This document shows positions 1-4,724 of a stretch of 4,859 nt of DNA, piece after piece. The position numbers and the translations under genes were made by a program. Position 1 is the first letter of the stretch, and each line of letters opens with the position of its first letter. The DNA is from a virus (lineage: Duplodnaviria > Heunggongvirae > Uroviricota > Caudoviricetes): the IMG/VR virus record IMGVR_UViG_2651869785_000017; one strand, given 5' to 3'. The notes below the pieces were generated by a model. That model was given only the letters and a program-made list of their open reading frames with translations. It was not told the DNA's origin and did no database searches.

Positions 1-78
1 TATTGCGCAGAGTGATTACTGTCGGATATTATTCGCCAGCTGAAATATTACTTCACGTTTTGTTGTTTATTCCTTGCC

Positions 79-107
79 GCCCGCGTCTCCCAGCGCGGGC
101 TTTTTTT
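79..107 (+). terminator. Rho-independent terminator (plus-strand orientation)
   Basis: Perfect 7-bp GC-rich stem GCCCGCG (79-85) / CGCGGGC (94-100) with an 8-nt loop, followed directly by T7 (101-107). No U-run on the other strand, so it acts on a plus-strand transcript entering from the left edge. Confidence 0.6.
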
Positions 108-119
108 GTCCATAAGAAA

Positions 120-138
120 GCCCCTCCGGAGAGGGGCT
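120..138 (-). terminator. Candidate terminator hairpin (minus-strand orientation)
   Basis: Perfect 7-bp stem GCCCCTC (120-126) / GAGGGGC (131-137) with tetraloop CGGA. On the minus strand it is followed by UUUCUUAUGG, a weak U tract. Back-to-back with the 79-107 terminator. Confidence 0.35.
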
Positions 139-349
139 GGAGAGTGGCGCTATGTGCCATTGCATGGTGCCGGGTGCCTCCCGGTGAGTTCAGTATCAGC
201 ACCTGAACCCGCACAGAAAGGATAAGGGTCGGTGACAAAACACCAGTTGCTGATTGCCCCTCCGCACAGGGGGATTCACCATGCCAGTTTCTTTTAACAA
301 ACTCCCCGCAAACCAGACAACAGTCAACCGCCTGAATTGTGAGACATTT

Positions 350-373
350 AAAAAAAAGCCCGCAAAAGCGAGC
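350..373 (-). terminator. Rho-independent terminator downstream of the tRNA cluster
   Basis: Minus-strand transcript reads GCUCGC-UUUU-GCGGGC (6-bp stem with one G-U wobble) followed by U8 (plus-strand A run 350-357). It lies 16 nt past the 3' end of the last tRNA. Confidence 0.55.
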
Positions 374-388
374 CAGGGAAAATAAGTG

Positions 389-465
389 TGGCGCGTTCTA
401 CTGTATTCGAACCAGTGACCGATTGCTTAGAAGGCAATTGCTCTGTCCGGCTGAGCTAACAACGC
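389..465 (-). tRNA. tRNA-Arg (anticodon UCU), argO-like, slightly imperfect
   Basis: Hand-folded cloverleaf from the reverse complement: acceptor GCGTTGT/AGAACGC (6 of 7 pairs, G6:G67 mismatch), D stem GCTC/GAGC with GG in the D loop, anticodon stem ATTGC/GCAAT, loop CTTCTAA (anticodon TCT), T arm ACTGG-TTCGAAT-ACAGT (G53:A61 mismatch), discriminator G, CCA encoded. Not run through tRNAscan-SE. Confidence 0.65.
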
Positions 466-481
466 AGGATACAGATAATGA

Positions 482-555
482 ACCGCCTTCGGGGACCCGA
501 ACTCCGCGCAACCAGCTTCGAAGGCTGGCGCTCTTTCCTGATGAGCTAATGGCGG
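482..555 (-). tRNA. tRNA-Arg-like (anticodon UCG as folded by hand), argN-like; possibly degenerate
   Basis: Reverse complement folds as acceptor CCGCCAT/AAGGCGG (6 of 7, A6:A67 mismatch), D stem GCTC/GAGC with loop ATCAGGAAA, anticodon stem CCAGC/GCTGG (perfect), loop CTTCGAA (anticodon TCG), T arm CGGAG-TTCGGGT-CCCCG (one mismatch). The 3' end is followed by TCA, not an encoded CCA. It sits 7 nt after the tRNA-Ile gene. Confidence 0.5.
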
Positions 556-562
556 TATGTAA

Positions 563-638
563 TGGTGGCCCTTGCTGGATTTGAACCAGCGACCTGGCGA
601 TTATGAGTCGCTCGCTCTCACCACTGAGCTAAAGGGCC
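563..638 (-). tRNA. tRNA-Ile (anticodon CAU, lysidine type; ileX/ileZ-like), formally Met/Ile ambiguous
   Basis: Reverse complement GGCCCTTTAGCTCAGTGGTGAGAGCGAGCGACTCATAATCGCCAGGTCGCTGGTTCAAATCCAGCAAGGGCCACCA: acceptor 7 of 7, D stem GCTC/GAGC, anticodon loop CTCATAA, T arm GCTGG-TTCAAAT-CCAGC, CCA encoded. Closely resembles my recollection of E. coli ileX (tRNA-Ile2) and not elongator tRNA-Met. Confidence 0.85.
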
Positions 639-666
639 GAGCCAAAAAATAATAATCAGATGAAAA

Positions 667-1380
667 TCAATAATCAAGCCCTTGCCTGGATACATATCTG
701 TCTGGCGGGAAGCCATAATAGCGGTGAAATACAGAAATAAAGTAGGACCTGCTTGAATAACCGCATTTTTCTGCTATAGCCTGTCCATATCCATGCCGGG
801 AACATAACATATTTACAGCAACACGCATCCGCTCTTCCAGCAACAAGCGACTGAACATGCCCCCTTCATTTTTCAGTTTTGTCTTTAACAAACTCTCACT
901 CATATGCAACTGTAGAGCAATCGCACCAAGCGTCCAGCTTGCTGATATATCTGTCTGAATTATCGCCCTGACTTTGGCACTTATGCTGGATAAACATCCA
1001 CTTAAAAACAATGACATCCGTTCATCTGTTTCAAACAGAGACAGGCAGGCCATCATAAGAAACATATCCGTGGCCTCTCCGGAAAATCCCTGGCTGGTAA
1101 TTAAAGCCGCAGCCAACGCAGGATTGTTGGGTTCCAGCAACAGGTAAAGCGGAATGTCAGTCAGACGAGTCCTCGTCAGCTTATGCTGACTTTCCAGATA
1201 TTGACTTACGACGGATTCGCTTATATCGACAATTTTAACTTTGCCATAATGCATAAGGAAAAGCTCCCTGATGCATTTGGTGGCCAGAACAACTGAGCCT
1301 GGCTTAAGTGACAACGTATCCTTTTCAAGAAAAATATTAATTGGGGAGCAAACCATGATAACTGAACAGACAACAGCCAT
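667..1380 (-). CDS. AraC/XylS-family transcriptional regulator (237 aa as drawn)
   Basis: The C-terminal ~100 aa (approx. 667-970) carry the AraC-type double HTH signature (WTLGAIALQLHMSESLLKTKLK...RMRVAVNMLCSRHGYGQAIAEKCGYSSRSYFISVFHRYYGFPPDRY). The N-terminal part is short for the family. Start is ambiguous: ATG at 1380 has no clear SD, whereas the in-frame ATG at 1254 (MHYGKV..., 195 aa) has a GGGAG SD 9 nt upstream. Confidence 0.85.
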   Translation of the reverse strand: MAVVCSVIMVCSPINIFLEKDTLSLKPGSVVLATKCIRELFLMHYGKVKIVDISESVVSQYLESQHKLTRTRLTDIPLYLLLEPNNPALAAALITSQGFSGEATDMFLMMACLSLFETDERMSLFLSGCLSSISAKVRAIIQTDISASWTLGAIALQLHMSESLLKTKLKNEGGMFSRLLLEERMRVAVNMLCSRHGYGQAIAEKCGYSSRSYFISVFHRYYGFPPDRYVSRQGLDY

Positions 1381-1415
1381 TATAATTTTACTTTCATTAG
1401 CAATTGGTTAGCTCA

Positions 1416-1446
1416 ATTATAGCCCCAAAAGGTAAATTATCATCAA
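1416..1446 (-). promoter_or_regulatory. Candidate sigma70 promoter for the AraC-like gene
   Basis: Minus-strand TTGATG (-35, complement of 1441-1446) and TATAAT (-10, complement of 1416-1421) with a 19-bp spacer, which is longer than optimal. A C7/G7 homopolymer (1475-1481) lies just upstream. Confidence 0.3.
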
Positions 1447-1502
1447 CACATAAGCAAAGGACTGACAGGTGTCGCCCCCCCACCAGCCGCCCATTCACCA
1501 CA

Positions 1503-1528
1503 AATAAAAAGCCTTCAGGACTGAAGGC
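1503..1528 (-). terminator. Rho-independent terminator after the small winged-helix ORF
   Basis: Hairpin GCCTTCAG..CTGAAGGC (1511-1528), overlapping the ORF stop codon, followed on the minus strand by UUUUUAUU (plus-strand 1503-1510). Confidence 0.5.
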
Positions 1529-1712
1529 GTCTGTAACAACCGCACTGATAGTCTGCCAGACCCGCCATAACAAGCTGGGTCAGTATTAACTGGCAGCGTT
1601 CGCGTGAAAGGTAAGTATTCTGCGCAATCTCCCCGACTGTCGCCGGTTCGGTAACGCTTAATTCATCAAACACAACTCTGGCGGTTTCTGTCATATCCTG
1701 CTGTTTCAGCAT
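1515..1712 (-). CDS. Small hypothetical protein (65 aa), possible winged-helix DNA-binding protein (PapI/FaeA-like pattern)
   Basis: Intact ORF with its own downstream terminator and a weak AAGGG SD-like element about 9 nt upstream of the ATG. The segment GEIAQNTYLSRERCQLILTQLVMAGL resembles the recognition-helix region of small wHTH regulators. Composition matches the phage backbone, not the AT-rich cassette. Homology is from memory only. Confidence 0.45.
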   Translation of the reverse strand: MLKQQDMTETARVVFDELSVTEPATVGEIAQNTYLSRERCQLILTQLVMAGLADYQCGCYRRLQS

Positions 1713-1836
1713 GTCTTTTTACCCTTTCCGGTTAACGTGACATACCAATAACTCTTGTCTAAAAAGCCAGCAAGATAAAAAGCCAGTATTCACGACCACC
1801 AGCGTGTTTACTGTACTGCACCAAGTTTACAGGTAC

Positions 1837-1861
1837 AAAAAACCCGCTCAGTGGCGGGTTT
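1837..1861 (-). terminator. Terminator-like hairpin in the divergent intergenic region (stronger on the minus strand)
   Basis: Stem CCCGC (1843-1847) / GCGGG (1854-1858) with loop TCAGTG, flanked by A6 on the left and TTT on the right. The minus-strand transcript gets hairpin plus U6; the plus-strand transcript gets hairpin plus UUUAAGUUGUG. Confidence 0.45.
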
Positions 1862-1931
1862 AAGTTGTGTGGCGAAGTAACCACTCTTAACACAATACAA
1901 TACTTTTTGCGTACGCGTTAGTGTTTTGATA

Positions 1932-1966
1932 GAATTTTCAGCCACATAAAAATTCATTCTTATAAT
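1932..1966 (+). promoter_or_regulatory. Candidate promoter/operator region for the cassette
   Basis: Consensus TATAAT at 1961-1966, 12 bp upstream of the gene-1 ATG, but with no good -35 and no strong SD. A 7-bp inverted repeat GAATTTT (1932-1938) / AAAATTC (1949-1955) with a 10-bp spacer sits where a -35 would be, suggesting an operator or activator-dependent promoter. Confidence 0.25.
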
Positions 1967-1978
1967 TCGGGATATATA

Positions 1979-3154
1979 ATGGATATAACTTGTTTAGAAT
2001 GTGGCAATGTTCTTGACGACCCAACTGTAGCTTGCGATAAATGCGGTGCCACGCCTCATGTTGTAGTGCTGGGCAAACAATCGTACTTTCCTATTGGTGC
2101 TGTAACAGCAAATCTTGAAAAAAATGATTCAAGAGCATTTGATTATCGATTAGGTGAAGTTTGGGATCTAAAAAATGAAGTCACATCTGAATTCATAACC
2201 AGAATTGAGAAAAAATTTAGCCGAAAAAACAAATTTCATAACTTCCTAGACTCAGATCACAACCCTTCATCCATTCCTACGATCCTAAAAAAATACATTA
2301 ATAAAAATAATGAATTCATTGATTTATCTAGAGCTATAATAGAGAAGCTTAAACATAATGCTAATAACGAATCGAGAGTTGCCCAACTTCAGGGGGGGAG
2401 CGTTGTTTTCATCCACTATAAGTCTACCGAACCAGAGGATTTGGGGAAACTTCTAATCGTAATGGTTGATAAACAAAGCGCCTATGACTTTGATTCGGAT
2501 AAGTTGACCCCAACAAGATTAAATCCAATTAATACCGATGCCTTACGGCAGGCTGCGATGTTCGATTTAACTTTATTCGAAGCCAGTTATCCAGAAAACA
2601 AGGGTGACTCATATGTACATTTCTTGCAAGGTAAATCTAAAAGCGATTTTTTCAAAGACTCATTAGGTTGCCGACATGATTCGGACAATAAAAGAAGCAT
2701 TCAGCAATTATTCAGTGCTATAGATATTTTTGCTAGTAAAAACTCACTCGGTCGTGTACTGCGTGATACTATTGACAATGAAGTTAAATCCTTACTGGAA
2801 AAAAAATCAAAAGATAAACACGGAAATAAGTCCGTTAAGATAGAGGATATTTCAAAAATAATTGACTCATGCCTGACTGATTCACACAAATGTAAGGGAA
2901 CGTTTGTCGATTTTGTTAATCTTAATGGTTTCCAGATTGACCCTCAATTTGAACCAACTCCTAAAGCAGCTGAAAGCGCGCTTACAATTGAAGTGGCAGA
3001 TAACGACAATAATTTTAAGTTGAAAATAATGCGTGGAGCTATTGGAGACGAAAAGTCAAATAAGCCTGTAATTCTCACTGACAACAAATGCGAAATTGTG
3101 ATAAAATTGAGTCAGGCAAATTATGATGAACTCAAAAGATATAGAGACAGCTAA
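1979..3154 (+). CDS. Zn-ribbon + NdpA/YejK-like (NA37 family) nucleoid-associated-protein homolog, 391 aa; cassette gene 1
   Basis: Hand-verified translation. Residues 5-22 form a CxxC-x10-CxxC zinc ribbon (CLECGNVLDDPTVACDKC). Residues ~138-228 (GGSVVFIHYKS...LLIVMVDKQ...DLTLFEASYPENKGDSYVHFLQGKSKSDFFKDSLG) align by eye with the conserved core of E. coli YejK (GGFVLFCHY...[23 protein letters not shown]). Strongly AT-rich and K/N/I-rich, unlike the flanking DNA. Confidence 0.8.
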   Translation: MDITCLECGNVLDDPTVACDKCGATPHVVVLGKQSYFPIGAVTANLEKNDSRAFDYRLGEVWDLKNEVTSEFITRIEKKFSRKNKFHNFLDSDHNPSSIPTILKKYINKNNEFIDLSRAIIEKLKHNANNESRVAQLQGGSVVFIHYKSTEPEDLGKLLIVMVDKQSAYDFDSDKLTPTRLNPINTDALRQAAMFDLTLFEASYPENKGDSYVHFLQGKSKSDFFKDSLGCRHDSDNKRSIQQLFSAIDIFASKNSLGRVLRDTIDNEVKSLLEKKSKDKHGNKSVKIEDISKIIDSCLTDSHKCKGTFVDFVNLNGFQIDPQFEPTPKAAESALTIEVADNDNNFKLKIMRGAIGDEKSNKPVILTDNKCEIVIKLSQANYDELKRYRDS

Positions 3155-3156
3155 TA

Positions 3157-4371
3157 ATGACAATTGCTGATGACTTATCAAGATTAGCGCAGATTATTAA
3201 CGGAGCCTCAAGCAGAGTTGAGGGCTACTACACTGTCATAAGTCTTGAAGAAAGCATTGTTATTGTAAATAGTTCTGAAATAATTAGACTGTTACAATCT
3301 ATAGGTTATAAAAAGGCAACAACCTGCATCGAAAATAATGAAATTTGGCTAGATCGCCAAGCTTCATCTTGGGATGACGCTATAATTTATGAGAATGTTG
3401 AGTCTTTTTGGTCTAGAGTAAACACCCAAAACGCTCTTCCGAAAAATTATATCATCGGAACGCCGTTAATACTCCCTACTTCTAAGAATGAAAGCATCGA
3501 AAAAATCCATATTTTCTTTATGTGGAAAGATATCCTTTCATTAATTGCTGATCATCATAACAGTGACTGCTCTGTCTTATTTTTCACCAATGAAGACAAA
3601 AGTTATACAGTCGAACTCACGCATTTTTTACAATATAGCGAGATTAATCGCTTATCGAACTCGTCTCTTAAATATGAAATTATAAAGGAGCTTCTCGACA
3701 CAATAAAAATCAATGATTTACACAAAAGCGAGCGCAAGCTCGTTATACGCTCAGCCATAAACGAAGTATTTAAAGCAAATGGTACGTTCAATTTCTTTGA
3801 CTTGCTTAACTCTACTGAACTCGTCAGGAAAAAATATGATGAACTATATGAGATTTACACAAAGAGGTTTTCTGTAAATAAAATTCTTAACGAACTCGAT
3901 GAGAAAAATCTTGAGTTCACGAGTAAAATTAACGAATTCATATCATCTAATCAGACAAAAGCATTGACTATTCCCGGTGCATTAATAGCTGCTGGTGGCT
4001 TAGTGAAGGCTAATGAAACAACCGAAGCAATATTGATTATCGCAGGACTTTGGATGATAAAAAAAGTCAATTACATTTCTATTGAGATATTCAATGAAAC
4101 ATTCGACAACTTACGTTCTCGAGTGGAGTCCGCTTTCGATAAGTATTTAAAGTTTGAAGAAAATAAAGAAATCAAAGATAATGCAGATAGTATTAAGAGT
4201 AGCATTACAGGTTTGATTGATAAAGCTAAAAAAAGGATGAGAACTGTTAAATATCTCGCATCAGCCATGTTTTATGGAGGCCTTATTTACGTTGGATATA
4301 AACAGTTCCCAGTCTTTTTTGAAAAATCGGCAGTAAATCTATTTTATTTTTTATGCCATACTATAAGCTAA
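3157..4371 (+). CDS. Hypothetical membrane-anchored protein, 404 aa; cassette gene 2
   Basis: ATG lies 2 nt after the gene-1 stop (TAATAATG), so likely translationally coupled. A ~270-aa N-terminal soluble region has no recognisable catalytic motif (no Walker A, HExxH or obvious nuclease motif). Hydrophobic segments at approx. 3964-4020 (ALTIPGALIAAGGLV), 4030-4070 (AILIIAGLWMI) and 4255-4300 (YLASAMFYGGLIYVGY). Same AT-rich composition as gene 1. Confidence 0.75.
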   Translation: MTIADDLSRLAQIINGASSRVEGYYTVISLEESIVIVNSSEIIRLLQSIGYKKATTCIENNEIWLDRQASSWDDAIIYENVESFWSRVNTQNALPKNYIIGTPLILPTSKNESIEKIHIFFMWKDILSLIADHHNSDCSVLFFTNEDKSYTVELTHFLQYSEINRLSNSSLKYEIIKELLDTIKINDLHKSERKLVIRSAINEVFKANGTFNFFDLLNSTELVRKKYDELYEIYTKRFSVNKILNELDEKNLEFTSKINEFISSNQTKALTIPGALIAAGGLVKANETTEAILIIAGLWMIKKVNYISIEIFNETFDNLRSRVESAFDKYLKFEENKEIKDNADSIKSSITGLIDKAKKRMRTVKYLASAMFYGGLIYVGYKQFPVFFEKSAVNLFYFLCHTIS

Positions 4372-4707
4372 CATTGCTAAACAGCCGTCAACAAACCCCA
4401 TTGCAGTTTGCAGTTCCTTCCTAATTGTGCCATCAGAGCATTTTCTCTTCTTCGCAATAGTACGTAATGAGATACCGATAACAAAGTGGGCGATGATGAG
4501 CTCATATTCCTCTGGTTTATACCTTCTCAACCGAGCCACACAACTGTCTATCATGATGCCTTCGTCATCATCACACTGAATCCGTGACTTTTTGCCATGA
4601 GGTAAAAGTCCCTTGAAACCAGCCGCTATCGGCTGCCAGTCCACTCCGCTATTGTCTGAAGCAGCCCAAGCTCCCCAACGATCCATTACTTCATACATAT
4701 CACGCAT
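4351..4707 (-). CDS. Phage antitermination protein Q (Phage_antitermQ family, QuuD-like), 118 aa
   Basis: Translation MRDMYEVMDRWGAWAASDNSGVDWQPIAAGFKGLLPHGKKSRIQCDDDEG...CSDGTIRKEL matches my recollection of the DLP12 QuuD/Q-family pattern (MRD...ERWGAWAA...IAAGFKGL...SR.QC.DDD...CSDG). ATG at 4707 has a GGAG SD 7 nt upstream; the ORF track's extra 5 codons start at an in-frame TTG at 4722. Confidence 0.85.
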   Translation of the reverse strand: MRDMYEVMDRWGAWAASDNSGVDWQPIAAGFKGLLPHGKKSRIQCDDDEGIMIDSCVARLRRYKPEEYELIIAHFVIGISLRTIAKKRKCSDGTIRKELQTAMGFVDGCLAMLAYSMA

Positions 4708-4724
4708 CAACTTTCTCCACAAAA

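Noticed and set aside
3-238. Track ORFs 3..206 (+, 67 aa) and 53..238 (-, 61 aa)
   Set aside because: Both run straight through two strong terminator hairpins (79-107, 120-138), have no RBS and are low-complexity, Arg/Pro-rich. They look like GC-rich non-coding sequence read in an open frame.
281-385. Small plus-strand ORF (34 codons) with a GGGGG SD-like element 7 nt upstream of its ATG
   Set aside because: Its 3' half overlaps the minus-strand terminator hairpin and poly-A run (the lysine-rich tail is the A run read in frame). Too short and unsupported to call; noted only because of the good SD.
1-388. Shiga-toxin-like or other cargo gene downstream of the tRNA triplet
   Set aside because: Considered because the Q-ileZ-argN-argO layout is what I recall preceding stx in Stx phages, but the region downstream of the tRNAs on the minus strand has no ORF of meaningful length, only terminators.
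339-584. Track ORF 339..584 (+, 81 aa)
   Set aside because: It lies antisense across two tRNA genes and the terminator, and the tRNA structures explain the sequence conservation. Spurious.
563-638. Assigning the CAU tRNA as elongator or initiator tRNA-Met
   Set aside because: The sequence is far closer to my recollection of E. coli ileX (tRNA-Ile2) than to metT or metZ, and the phage context favours Ile. The anticodon alone cannot distinguish them, so the ambiguity stays in the feature call.
1404-1589. Track ORF 1404..1589 (+, 61 aa)
   Set aside because: It overlaps the candidate AraC promoter, the C7 tract and the small-ORF terminator, and is antisense to the 3' end of the small wHTH ORF. 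Basic, low-complexity translation; likely spurious.
2701-4268. Antisense track ORFs inside the cassette (2701..2889, 3603..3791, 4071..4268, all minus strand)
   Set aside because: They are short frames embedded antisense within long, well-supported coding regions of AT-rich DNA, where stop-free antisense frames arise easily. No start context.
4363-4391. TTGACG -35-like hexamer on the minus strand as a candidate PR'
   Set aside because: It lies inside the Q coding sequence, not downstream of it, and has no convincing -10 at 17-bp spacing. Probably a chance match.
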